Counted from the first letter of the stretch, positions 25,850 to 38,412 are shown. The stretch is 64,000 nt of DNA from Eledone cirrhosa (GCA_964016885.1 OZ024754.1:62001-126000); one strand, 5' to 3'. A program made the numbers and translations. The notes: a model not told the origin generated them from the letters alone.

Positions 25850-26128
25850 GTGTGTGTGATGGACTCTTTCGTCGTATATCGTATATATATACTTGTTATA
25901 GCTTAATTGCTATAAATTAATGTTTTGTCTTTCGTCCCTTCCTCCACTGGACAGCGTTTGGCTTGTCAGATGCTCTGACCACGGGTGTACTAGCAGTACC
26001 CTGGGTAGGGATCGAAACTGCTAAAAACCATCTCAGCAGTTGATGACGCTGGGTTCTATGTATATATATAGATATATATATATATATCTATATATATCTA
26101 TATATATATATGTGTATATATATAATAT

Positions 26129-26972
26129 AGTACCCCAAACGTATAATTGGGATTATACTAAGGTATATCCTAATGTTTGTTGAGTGAGACGGACCGGTCG
26201 GAGTATTGCTTAAAGCTTTCTCTGTTAATGTATTAAATATTATACTCTTGATTTGGCCAGGGATGAATATTTCTAGATACTTTTTAGGTATAACTTTCCG
26301 TATTTATTCTTTGTATGAAATATTGATTGTTCTTCCGGTATCTTATCTCTGTTTTTAGCCTAAGAAAATAGCTATATGCGTGTATAAATAATACATGCAT
26401 ATATTTATTTGTTTATAACCAATTGAGTTCTTCACGCATGATGAACATTATTGAAAGAATTAATTGACCCGCGTGCATATTATTTTATTATTTTAGGTTT
26501 TGCGATGACCTCCCCTTTCCGCTTGATGGCAGTGTGAGATCTCTCATTGTGAGACTGCTGGAATTTCAAATTTGGTGGTCATTCTGGCACGGAGGGGTAC
26601 CATCGCTGAACATTAATATCGGTAAGTTTTTTTTATTTTTTTTCTTATATCGATATTTGTCGGGCATCCATTGATGATTTATAAGTGCCCATCTACATAT
26701 ATTCCTACGGACTATGTGTAGGCTTTTACATAACCTGGACATTATTTTCTCAATTTGTAGAAAACTTATAATGAAACGATCGTTTGGAAAGAGAGATGTA
26801 TTTTAATTATGTCTCATATAAAATAATACAACTGGCTATCCGCAAAATACGTATAGTTAGCACCCCAAACGTATAATTGGGATTATACGAAGGTATATCC
26901 TAATGTTTGTTGAGTGAGACGGAAGCCGGTCGGAGTATTGCTTAAAGATTTCTCTGTTAATGTATTAAATAT
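26129..26972 (+). mobile_element. Family B long copy: ~730-bp monomer plus ~110-bp terminal direct repeat, with degenerate hammerhead at 26668-26787
   Basis: 26129-26240 repeats at 26859-26972. CCA-TTGATGA-TTTATAAG..CTTATAAT-GAAA-CGATC-GTT-TGG. (TA)n at both ends; no ORF. Confidence 0.8.
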
Positions 26973-26980
26973 ATATATAT

Positions 26981-27175
26981 ATAGGAACAAGTATGACCCC
27001 GACGGCAGAGCTCAAGCCGTTTCGACGGCTAATTCTGGAGTCCAGAATTAGCCGTCGAAACGGCTTGAGCTTTGCCGTCGGGGTCATACTTGTTCCTATT
27101 ACCCACTCTACTACCCCAAGTATTGAGTACTTTGATGCGTTATGGTCCATCTGGCTCCTTACCACATTTCCTTCG

Positions 27176-27178
<3 letters not shown>
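26981..27178. mobile_element. Palindromic family C element (119-bp palindrome plus ~80-bp unique tail)
   Basis: 26981-27099 is self-complementary about ~27040; (TA)n flanks. Confidence 0.9.
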
Positions 27179-27209
<31 letters not shown>

Positions 27210-27638
27210 CGTATAGAAATTGTATGTGTACATATAAAATTATTATTGTGTTGTTTTTTATTGGTTTTCGCCATCCATCTGAGTTGTAATTCAAATAGCC
27301 GACCCTGCCTCACCCTTTGTGTCACTCTGACTCATTCGTACATTTTACAGAGCCTCTGGCGAGGGAAAATGTATGACCTGGGAGTTGCTGCCCTTAACAA
27401 GCAGCACATGAAGATATAAAGTAATTCTCAGACCAGTAGCCATCTTTGTTTGCATACTGACAGACAGATGACTGAAAGTTAACAATTTGACACACAAAAT
27501 ATCGGTGTGTGTATGCGCATTATATACTTGTATGTAGATATGTATGTATATATATATGTTATCTCTTTCTCTTAATTTCGAGTATATTTTTTTGACCGGC
27601 CACCTTCCTGGTGGCAAGGTTGTAAAAGAAAAGAAATT

Positions 27639-27733
27639 GTCATCCCTTGAATTGCAAGAATGTTTTGCAAATTTTGAAGGTGCCAGCTATCGCAGCCATT
27701 TGTAGACTATGAATTAGGGAGCTGCGCTCTTTG
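27639..27733 (-). mobile_element. R4/Dong-like (RLE-type) non-LTR element ORF C-terminus
   Basis: KERSSLIHSLQMAAIAGTFKICKTFLQFKG*; second copy at 51577-51733. Confidence 0.65.
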
Positions 27734-27910
27734 TATGTATGGATGGATGGATGGATGGATGTATGTATGTAAGTGGATGTATGTATGTATGTATATATGT
27801 ATGTGGATGTATGAAATAGTTTAAACACTTAAAAAGTATACAATTCCAAGAAAAGAACGACAAAATGTGTGTAATAACAATTAGTATTTTCAGATTCTGT
27901 GACTCCACCC

Positions 27911-27981
<71 letters not shown>

Positions 27982-28171
27982 CTTTCTCTCTCTCTCTCTC
28001 TCCTACTTCATATTTCAGATTTCCTGTTTGCTCAAATTGCGTGGGAGGGAACATAGGATAAAAAATAATAAATGAGGCCTCCCCCCCCCCACCAGCCCCA
28101 TTAACTATACCACCACCATCATTAACAACAACAACAACAACAATACCCATCTAACTACATACATTCCTTCT

Positions 28172-29162
28172 ATGGAGGTTGTGGTGATGGTCATGGGGAT
28201 GTTTGTAGTTTTGATCATGGTGGTTGTGATGGTGATCGTGATGGTAGTGTTAGTGGTGGTGGTAGTGTTGGTGATGGTGGTGGTGATGGTGATGGTAGTG
28301 TTAGTGGTGGTGGTAGTGTTGGTGATGATGGTAGTGTTAGTGTTAGTGGTGGTGATGGTGGTAGTGTTAGTGGTAGTGTTAGTGTGGTAGTGGTGATGAT
28401 GATGGTAGTGGTAGTGGTGGTGATGGTGGTAGTGTTAGTAGTATTAGTGGTGGTGGTGATGGTGGTAATGTTAGTGTGGTAGTGGTGGTGATGGTGGTAG
28501 TGTTAGTGGTGGTGATGGTGGTAGTGTTAGTGGTGGTGATGGTGGTAGTGTTAGTAGTATTAGTGGTGGTGATGATGGTGGTAATGTTAGTGTGGTAGTG
28601 GTGGTGATGGTGGTAGTGTTAGTGGTGGTGATGGTGTTAGTGTGGTAGTGGTAGTGTTAGTAGTATTGGTGGTGGTGATGGTAGTGTTAGTGTTAGTGGT
28701 GGCGATGGTGGTAGTGTTAGTGTGGTAGTGGTGGTGGTGGTAGTATTGGTGGTGGTGGTGGTGGTGGTGGTGATGATGTTGGTGGTGTTAGTGTGGTAGT
28801 GGTGGTGGTGGTGGTAGTAGTATTAGTGGTGGTGATGATGGTAGTGTTAGTGGTAGTGGTGGTGATGATGTTAGTGGTAGTGGTAGTGGTGGTGGTAGTG
28901 TTAGTGTGGTGGTAGTGGTGGTGATGGTGTTAGTGTGGTAGTGGTGGTAGTGTTAGTGATGGTGGTAGTGTTAGTGTGGTGGTGGTGGTGGTAGTAGTAT
29001 TAGTGGTGGTGGTGGTGGTAGTGTTAGTGTTAGTGGTGGTGATGGTGGTAATATTAGGGTGGTGGTGGTGGTGGTAGTGTTAGTGGTGGTGGTGGTGGTG
29101 GTGGTGGTAATATTAGGGTGGTGGTGGTGGTGGTGGTAGTGTTAGTGGTGGTGGTGGTGGTG
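28172..29162. repeat. (GGT/AGT/GAT)n low-complexity tract
   Basis: Direct reading. Confidence 0.95.
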
Positions 29163-29267
29163 GAGGAGTATCTGTTCTTTCAGGTCCAACATCAGAGGAA
29201 CCCGGAAATGGCAGTTACAGGAAATAACGCTTTGGAGGAAAAAAATAAATGGGTTGGTGTATCGTAT

Positions 29268-29319
<52 letters not shown>

Positions 29320-29560
29320 ATGTGTGTTAGTGAGTATATGTGTGTGCATATGTGTAGTGTAATGGGTAAGATTTTATGAAAAACACACATACATGCGTTA
29401 AAAGTATACACATCTAATTATATGCGTGAATATATACATATATATAGTGTGTGTATATATGTATATATACACACACATTATGTACATATATACACACACA
29501 ACATACAGATTAAAAATATCTACTTAAGTATATATTTTTAACTGAGCATCTGTGTACATG

Positions 29561-29606
<46 letters not shown>

Positions 29607-29799
29607 TGTGTGTGCGTGCGTGTGTGTGTGTGCGTGTGTGTGTGTGTGCGTGTGTGCGTGTGTGTGTGCGCGCGAAGTACATTTTACAAGAGACAAGTGA
29701 TGCTTGTTTCAGGCTTTCTCTGCTTCTCAAACAAACATTTGCCATTCCTGTAGAATCTACTTCCTGTTTACATTTTGTAGCAATTACGTCATAGATCAC

Positions 29800-29980
29800 G
29801 TGTTAATCAGAACAGCCAAGCCAACCAGAATGTCGTTGGACCTCAGTCATTTACGACGACGAATGCTCCAATTGTTTGTACAACGGAACAGCCCTCTTGG
29901 GAAATTATATTGCAACTAACTGAACATTCCACAGACGCGTGTATCTTTAACGTCATTCTCAGGGAGATTCTGCGTGATGT
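29800..29980. mobile_element. Fragment of a second dispersed repeat (SINE-like), also at ~56030-56185
   Basis: TGAACATTCCACAGAC..CTTTAACGTCATTCTCAGGGAGATTC.GCGTGA shared with TGAACATTCAACATAC..CTTTAACGTAATTCTCAGGAAGATTCAGCGTGA. Confidence 0.55.
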
Positions 29981-30102
29981 GTATAAAATATGCATGTACG
30001 AGGTACACTCAAGAGGTTTGGGGACCTTTATCAGAGTCGTTTAACTTCGATCAAAACAAAACTCAAGTCTCTTTCAAAGTAGAATAGATTTTATGCATAA
30101 GT

Positions 30103-30153
<51 letters not shown>

Positions 30154-30156
<3 letters not shown>

Positions 30157-30345
30157 CGAAGGAAATGTGGTAAGGAACCAGGTGGACCATAACGCACCAA
30201 AGTACTCAATACTTAGGGTAGTAGAGTGGGTAATAGGAACAAGTAAGACCCCGACGGCTGAGCTCAAGCCGTTTCGACGGCTAATTCTGGACTCAGAATT
30301 AGCCGTCGAAACGGCTTGAGCTCAGCCGTCGGGGTCTTACTTGTT

Positions 30346-30350
<5 letters not shown>
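30154..30350. mobile_element. Palindromic family C element, opposite orientation
   Basis: Palindrome at 30233-30350; tail is the reverse complement of 27100-27178; (TA)n flanks. Confidence 0.9.
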
Positions 30351-30391
<41 letters not shown>

Positions 30392-30434
30392 CGAAACATA
30401 AGTCAATTGCATGAACTCATAATCCTTTATTTAC

Positions 30435-30486
30435 TGCTATATATATTTCGATGATAGCCATTGAATGGCTATGACCTCATCAGGCA
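30435..30486 (-). ncRNA. Minimal type-I hammerhead ribozyme
   Basis: Minus: TGC-CTGATGA-GGTCATAGCCA(TTCAA)TGGCTATCATC-GAAA-TATAT-ATA-GCA. Confidence 0.75.
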
Positions 30487-30786
30487 TTTAGTGCATGTGA
30501 TTCATTGAATTACTGATGGTAGTAAACACTCGATGCCTATATAGGTATAGATAGATATATAGATAGATATATGATGATCATTCTTATGGAGGTGATATTC
30601 TAAGAATTTACGAATCTAACATACCACACCACATGCTATTTAGTGTGCTGCTGAATGCTGGGAAGTGTGTTGACATTTACTGTATTATATTATAGAAACT
30701 ATTACATTATAGGACCTTTAAAGAAATTGTATTTACTACACACATGCACACACACAGGCACACATATATAGGCATGTATAGTTTCA

Positions 30787-30845
<59 letters not shown>

Positions 30846-30902
30846 ACACACATATATTTGTACATATATGTATAAATTAATACGCGCGCACACACGCACA
30901 CG

Positions 30903-30941
<39 letters not shown>

Positions 30942-30942
30942 T

Positions 30943-30976
<34 letters not shown>

Positions 30977-31169
30977 CTTACATGTATATATATATATATA
31001 CATATACACACACTCTGCCTGCGCATAGAGTGCTTGCTTTGGTACCAACACCAGTAATTCACTGATTCACCTACACTATATATATATATGTGTGTTTGTA
31101 CATATGTATACACACACATATATATATATATATTCATATATATGTATGTATATATATTTAATATGAAGA

Positions 31170-31294
31170 GTGATGTACTCATGCGCAGAGATACTATGAA
31201 ATTGCCTATAAAATAAGGTGACTCTTAAAGATGGAAGAAATCTTCGCCCATTTTATAGGCAATTTCATAGCATCTTCGCGCCTGAGCACATCAC
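31170..31294. repeat. Imperfect fold-back (arms ~50 bp)
   Basis: GTGATGTACTCATGCGC..CTATGAAATTGCCTATAAAAT pairs with ATTTTATAGGCAATTTCATAG..GCGCCTGAGCACATCAC. Confidence 0.8.
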
Positions 31295-31348
31295 TTTCTA
31301 TAATAATTTCACCCCTCATCGCTTCGTAAAAGTCCGAGAGATCGGCTA

Positions 31349-31408
<60 letters not shown>

Positions 31409-31490
31409 AAAATTGAACGGGAACAAAACAGAGAGGCAGTACGAAGAAAGGTTTATTAGTTTCACGCTCTTGAGAGTGGGGTGGCGGTGG

Positions 31491-31528
31491 GGAACGACGT
31501 TTCGGGCATAAGCCCTTCTTCAGGCGAA
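31491..31528 (-). ncRNA. Penelope-type minimal hammerhead motif
   Basis: Minus: CTGAAGAA-GGGC(TTAT)GCCC-GAAAC-GTC; stem I weak. Confidence 0.65.
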
Positions 31529-31656
31529 AAGTGTGTGGGTAGAGAGTTCCAACGGTGTGTAGGGGAGTGTGGGGAGAGACATTTAGAAAAAAGGGGGTGA
31601 GAGGAAACGGTACAAATGAAAATAAATATAAAAGCATAATAAAAATAAACATGAAG

Positions 31657-31701
<45 letters not shown>

Positions 31702-32447
31702 TTGTATATGACGATATGCGTGTGCCAGTGCGTGTCCACATGTATATATGTGTGGATCTTCTCCTCCAAAATTTCGTACCAGATTTCGCGTGTGAAAGGA
31801 AATTAAAAATTAAATAAAATAACAAATGAATATATATATAAGATGAAAAAAAAAAAACCCTAAAAAAATGTCGAATGTTGAATGCGTCATTGACCAGTAG
31901 TGACCTCTCATGTTTCCCAATGAAGGTCATATTTTGTCACTATTTAGAAGGAGGCAGTCGTCAAAATAACTTTAGAAACGGTATTCTCGTATGTAGCACT
32001 CTAATCTAATATTGGGGTTAATAGTTTTAAATGTCCTTTCTTTGACTGGGATTTAAGGCCGACACACCCAACAACATACATAATTTCACATTAAAATAAC
32101 TAATAAAACCAACAAAAATAACAACAACAACAAAAGAATGTTCAGCGGATTTATTTCTACATTTTTTTAGATCTACAGAAGAACGGAAAAGTTCTGTGGG
32201 AAAAAAATTCTTTCTGAGTGACAAGAATGTAAAGAAAAAAAAAATCAAAACGATGAAATAGGATAAAATATAAGTAGCAAAATATTCCAGCAACTGTAGT
32301 CATCACATTCTAAGGTCTGCCATTCTGGATTTGTTACAACCGGAACTCTCATAGAATTTTACACTCGTTTATCACAACGTAAGATATTACATGCCACGTC
32401 TACCTGCTAAAAATAGCAGCTAAATTACTCTAATATAACAATATACA

Positions 32448-32610
32448 GGTAGCGAATTTATGTCAAGTCGTCAGAACATCGGATAGAATGCTATTCGGTG
32501 CGAATTCCGGATCACTGCGCTCTGAGTTCAAATCCCGCTGAGGTCAACTTTTCCTGTCGTGCTTTTGAGGTTGGTGAAAGAAGTACCAGTCCAGTACTAG
32601 TCTCAATTAA
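32448..32610 (+). mobile_element. Octopus-type SINE, diverged
   Basis: CTCTGAGTTCAAATCCCGCTGAGGTCAACTTT..AAGTACCAG. Confidence 0.75.
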
Positions 32611-32859
32611 TCCTCTATATATCTGTCTTGTTTCCCAACTATCATTGTTTCCTTCTCTGGCAAGAATTGACTGTGTTCGGATCTGGAGAGTGATGGGCTC
32701 CATCAAGTTTTAAAATGTTCCAACGGTTCCCTAACAACTCCACCAGGAGTTACGGGTCCATACATAACAACAGAAGACCGCTTTGGGCAACGAAGTCACG
32801 GATACAAACAAAACACTGGATACGACAGGAACGCCAATGATTTAATAATAATAATCGAT

Positions 32860-33290
32860 TGCCAAGTCTGCTGCCCAGAAAGTTGGTTCGCTCTATCGTC
32901 CCAAAAATTGTTCACACCTGAAAATATCTTATATCTTTATATATCTCGTCCTTCAATTGGGTACTGTTGCCACATCTGGTCGAGTGTATCTGCTGGGCAT
33001 CTTGAAAGTCTAGATAAAATCCAAATAAGAATCGTCAATATTGTAGATCCTTACTTATCATGTCAGCTTCAATCACTATCACACCGTTGAAACTTTGCCC
33101 CCCCCCCCCCTTTTGGTATTTTTAATAAATATTTTAATGGAAATTGTTCTGCTTTCCTCTTTGTTGCCTCGGCTTCACCCGTTTAAATGGAGTACTAGAT
33201 TGGTAACTAGGTCTCATATATTTACAGATGAAGTTAGTTCCTAAATGTAATCGAAAATTCTATTCTGATAGTTTCTTCCCTCCCACATCT
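32860..33290 (+). mobile_element. CR1/L2-group LINE RT C-terminal fragment
   Basis: AAQKVGSLYR..FTPENILYLY..RPSIGYCCHIWS..LESLDKIQ.R..LQSLSHR. Confidence 0.8.
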
Positions 33291-33382
33291 CACCTATGAC
33301 ATTCTCACCTATGACATCCTCCCCTATGACATTCTCACCTATGACATCCTCCTCTATGACATTCTCACCTATGACATCCTCA
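33290..33382. repeat. 15/30-bp minisatellite
   Basis: CACCTATGACATTCT / CACCTATGACATCCT tandem. Confidence 0.9.
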
Positions 33383-34654
33383 TCTAGTTTCATGCTCTCC
33401 TGACCACTACAATTTGTAAAAAATTCAAAAGCAACATCAATCGTCATTTTCTCTTTTGGGATTATGTTCTCGCTGTCTTATCCTTCTCCCTTCTCAGTAA
33501 CTTATTGCATTTTACTGGCTTTATTACATTGCTTAACATGAGCAAAAAACAACAAAAATCATGTCGCTAAATTGAAAGGCATAGAACTCCCTAATTGACT
33601 CCGAGAGGGGTGAAGAATACAAGCTTATTAACTTAAACGTTTCTAGAAAACCTGCAAGGTAGTTATTTAATTAACGCCGGAGAATTACAAGGCATACAAC
33701 TTAATTAAACACCAGGGTGGGGTGAGGAGATGAAGGATAAAAAATTATTTATTTAAATGACTCTTAAATTTGGAAGACAATTATTTTATTGACGTCGGAG
33801 AATTGAAAAGTCTGAGTCTATTTAATTGATTCTAGAAGCTGAAAAAGTAGTTCTTTCAGTGACTCTGGGGAGATGAAAGTCGTAAATCGACCTCAAAACT
33901 TTTGGTAATTGATGGGATGGGATTAAAACTGAAAAACGGTAAAAACACGTAATCGAAATTACGTGAAAATTACCTAGTCTACCGCACTACCAGAACAGAT
34001 CCTAAACCACCACCACCACCAACACCACCACCGCTGCCCCCATCGCTGCCACTAACAAACAACAAAAACAACAACAACAGCAGCCACTTTTTTCCAAGTG
34101 ATATTAATTTAGAAAGAAGAGCGATGTCATGCTAAATATGGCTTGAGATTGAAGAAAAAAAATAGGGTTGTGTAGACGTAAAAAGGGGAATTTCAAAAAG
34201 ATGAGTGAAATAGAAATAGAAAAGAAGCGAAGGAAAAGAAATAGAAACGATATGAAGAAAATAGAATGAAAAATAGAAAGAAAAATAGAATGAAAACTTA
34301 AAGAAAAAAAAAAATTGACGAAAATTGAAAAATGAAATAATAAATAAGATGACGAGAACGTGAAGGAGCAGAGGGGGTGGGTGGAGGAGATAGAGGGTGA
34401 AGTAGGGAGGAGTAAGGGGAGAGATTGAGAGAGATAGGTGAGAAGAGATAAATAAATAGATAGGGAGGAAGAGATAGAGAGAGAGGGAGTAGAAGAGTGT
34501 GGAGGGGAAACAGATAAAAAGAGAAGTGAGGGAGAGAGAGAAAGTGGGAGTATGTGTGTAGCAGGGGTGGGAGGTGAACACTGTAAATAGGGTTTTAATG
34601 AAGTAAACTTAGTTTTGATGTTATAATAGAAGAGGTTGTTTGAAGTTGTTCTGG

Positions 34655-35152
34655 AGGTGGTTGTTGTTGTTGTTGTGGTGGTGGTGGTGCTGGTGTTGAT
34701 GTGGTGGTGGTGGTGTAGATGGTGGTGGTGCTGGTGTTGATTGTGATGGTGGTGGTGGTGGTGCTGATGGTTGTTGTTGTGGTGTTTGTGGTGATGGGGG
34801 TGATGATGTTAGTAGTAGTGGGGTAGAGATGGTGGTGGTATGCTGATGGTTATTGGTGTTGTTGTTGGTAGTATTGGTGCAGGTGTTAGTGTTGGTGTTG
34901 GTGATAGTGTTGGTGGTGTTGCTGATGGTGATAGTATTGGTGCAAGTGTTAGTGGTGTTGGTGGTAGTATTGGTGGTGTTAGTATTGGTGTTGGTGTTGG
35001 TGGTAGTGTTAGTGGTGTTGGTGGTTAGTGTTGTTGGTGTTGGTGGTAGTGTTAGTGGTGTTGGTGGTAGTGTTAGTGTTAGTGGTAGTGTTGGTGGTAG
35101 TGGTAGTGTTGGTGGTAGTGTTAGTGGTGTTGGTGGTAGTGTTAGTGGTGTT
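34655..35152. repeat. (GGT/GTT)n low-complexity tract
   Basis: Direct reading. Confidence 0.9.
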
Positions 35153-35704
35153 GCCTCGCTGCCGAAGAAAAATAGTTTTCCGTAACGAAACAACAACAAC
35201 AAAAATAAAAATATTATTCTCTATTTTTCGCTATGAATATATCATAGAATTTCGAGTATATTCTGAGAGTGTCGAACAACATTGTTTCAAGATTGCTTTT
35301 CGCAACTTTGTTTGTCTTACATTTGCTTGTCACTTTCTGTGGCTTTATTTCTGTAATTTGCTTATTACCGATGGTAATTCGGAGTATTATTCCCCTTCTA
35401 AATAACTATTCTTGCTCCACTTTGTTCTGATATTGATCTCTCTACTTCGTCTGAAGATTGGAGCCATTTAGTTCAGTGTTTAGAGCACTCAGCCGGTATC
35501 TGACAGATATGAAGTTCGATTCCTCGTAGCGACCGCTGACACTATTTTTTGGCCGTCTATATGGGTAACTTACCTGGTTCTTATATCTTATTTATATCAA
35601 CCAACTGTGTTTACAATTATTTTCCCCGTTTGAGTGTCCTATATTTTCTCTGAACTTTATAATCCCTCAGCTTCGGAAGTTCGATATTTTGGATACAATG
35701 TAAT

Positions 35705-35836
35705 AATAATAATGATAATTTCTGATTTAGGCACAATGTTAACAATTTGTGGGAAGGGGAATGCTGATTAAATCGATCCAGTACATGACTGGTACTTTAT
35801 TTTATCGACCCCGTAAGGATGAAAGGCAAAGTTGAT
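35705..35836 (-). mobile_element. Octopus-type SINE 3' part
   Basis: ACTGGTACTTTATTTTATCGACCCCGTAAGGATGAAAGGCAAAGTTGA with (TAA)n tail. Confidence 0.85.
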
Positions 35837-35866
35837 AACAAACATCCGAATGAAAAGTCAAGACAT

Positions 35867-36107
35867 CCTATAATGGTTCTGGATACCTGGTAATATTGGT
35901 GTCATAAAAACCCTGCTATAATGGTAGGGGATACCTGTCGGTATTGGTGTCATAAAAACCCTACTATAATGGTAGGGGATACCTGTCGGTATTGGTGTCA
36001 TAAAAACCCTACTATAATGGTAGGGGATACCTGTCGGTATTGGTGTCATAAAAACCCTACTATAATGGTAGGGGATACCTGTCGGTATTGGTGTCATAAA
36101 AACCTTG
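35867..36107. repeat. 48-bp minisatellite, ~5 copies
   Basis: CTATAATGGTAGGGGATACCTGTCGGTATTGGTGTCATAAAAACCCTA. Confidence 0.95.
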
Positions 36108-36335
36108 CTAGGTAGTAAGCACATTATGAGGGAGTAAACACAGTATTATGCGTTTGAGATTCTTTTTGTGACCTAACAGATGACGAAATACTCCGCTGCA
36201 TTAATCAAACCCCCCCCCCTAGTTAAATAGGTCGATCGATCTATCAATCGATAGTGATGGTTAGATAGATAGATAGATAGATAGATAACTGATATATATA
36301 TATAGATAGTGGTTAGATAGGTATATATATATATA

Positions 36336-36542
36336 TGAGAAAAACCACAGACCCTCCATCTCAACTCTACTTTTGAAAAGCAGAAGAACTGCGAAACCGG
36401 TAAAGGAACCAAATAAATATATATATTTTTTTAAAAATAAGACTCCAGTTCCATTTTCGATTTCATCTTTTTTTCTTTATACTTTCACTCGTGTAGGACA
36501 CCTCGGTTATTTTTCATTTTGTAAAAAAACCCTCACTTTCTA
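36336..36542 (+). mobile_element. Family A element, copy 2, with U3:A8 hammerhead at ~36369-36406
   Basis: Near-identical to 9614-9822; (TA)n flanks. Confidence 0.8.
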
Positions 36543-36755
36543 ATATATATATATATATTTTCCTGAGTCCTGTATTTTCGTTGCTCTAGTGATGCGGCTG
36601 GACTGCCGATCGCTATATTCGATTTGCTAAGCTGTCTAAACGTATTGTTATTACCCTGGGGTACTTTTCTCCATCCGAGTGCTAAAGCTACAGACCGAAT
36701 TTGCATTCGTTAGCTTGGCCGCGAACTAAAGCTTCGTTGATGCTGTACTAAAATT

Positions 36756-36800
<45 letters not shown>

Positions 36801-36887
36801 CTAGATAAGATAGATAGATAGCTAGATAAGATAGATAGATAGCTAGATAAGATAGATATAGATAGATAGATAAGATAGATAAGATAG

Positions 36888-37876
36888 ATATGTTTCTTTT
36901 ATTTGCCACCAGGGCATCAAAAGTGGGACAAGTACAATGGGGGGAGTTAACAAAACAAGGCGTCCTCAATAAGGAGGAGGCAATAACAATATATAAAAAT
37001 AAAATAAAATATAACAAAAAATAAAAGTTATAACAAAGTCCTCAATAGAGAGGAGGCGCCTTGGGGGGTCGCATACACCCCCGAAAAAAAGTGTGCAACC
37101 CTTTTCCTCGGGAGCACAGAGAAGGGGTGCTCCCTTGGTCTTTCATCTTCCTCACCTATAGTCTGATATAGAGTGAAGGCCCATTCACACGGGCCATTCT
37201 CGCCACTTTCACCCATCTTTCATAAAAACGGCTGGGGTGGAGCACCTCTCTCTCCATCCTGATCCTTCTTCCGAAATGATATCGGAAGAAACGGACCAGT
37301 TGTTGGCCAGAGAGAAAGGTGTCTGACCTCAGTCCTTTCAGACGCGTCCACCATACAACCTCTTTCGCCATGGCTATTACGCACAGAAACACCGCCTCTT
37401 CTTCGTTTTTGAAGAGGGGAGGCGGCTTGATCGTTACAATAGACTCGGTGGTCAACCGGATCGGTCCCACCCTTGACAGCAGTTGTTCGACATAGCTCCA
37501 CAGATTGGCAATGCCTGATCAGTGTACCAATGCGTGTGCAACGGTTTCCTCGTCGCACACGCATCTGGGACAGATCTTTTTCGAGGGGTCCCTACCCGGG
37601 CGCCCGTGTCTGTAGAGCCTTTCTCGAACGGGCAGAGCCCTTCTGTAGCATTGCCAGGCCAGGGACCTCTGGAAGTTATCCATGGGTCCCAGGCTGAATG
37701 TCCTACCGAACAGGTTGGCCAGTTCGTCTTCCTCCATGCCTCGGGATTCTCCGAGGGCGTCGTCGCACCTGCTAACCACCAGCCCTCTATAGAATGACGA
37801 GGTGGATTCTCCACAGACAGCCGGGTCCGCCTGCCAGAGAGCCGTGAGCGCCTGGGCACACTCGGTGTGCCAGGCT
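36888..37876 (-). mobile_element. Tx1/L1-like LINE 3' fragment (~1 kb)
   Basis: LGPMDNFQRSLAWQCYRRALPVRERL..KICPRCVCDEETVAHALVH..MAKEVVWWTRL; GATA-type repeats at both junctions. Confidence 0.85.
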
Positions 37877-38337
37877 AGCTAGATAGATAGAGAAGATGAA
37901 ATATAAACTGTAAAAAGGAAGCAGACAGGCATACAATCAGACAAACAGACAGATACAGAGACTGACAGATAGACTGACAGACTGACAGACAGACAGACAG
38001 ACAGACTGACAGACAGACAGACAGACAGACAGACTGGCAGGCAGACCGAGGCATCAATGCAGATGTGTAATGCAAGACAACAAATGCAGAAATCACTTTA
38101 GAAGCTTTCCGAAGATCAAAGGAAGGCGGCAAAGATGAAAGGAATTATACCAGCTACTACCTCGCCTTATGTTTCTGTGTGCACGCGCATGTGTGTGTAC
38201 GTGCGTATATGTGTGGATGTGTATATGCGTGTGGATGTGTATATGTTTGTTTGTGTATATGTGCATGCGAATATAAAGGGTTTTGCAGCAAATGTATATA
38301 TGGATGTATGTGTATGTGTAATGCATATATACACACG

Positions 38338-38412
<75 letters not shown>

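Noticed and set aside
35867-36107. CRISPR-like regular repeat array (also 13315-13585 and 46253-46940)
   Set aside because: Head-to-tail tandem units without unique spacers, no cas genes, eukaryotic context.
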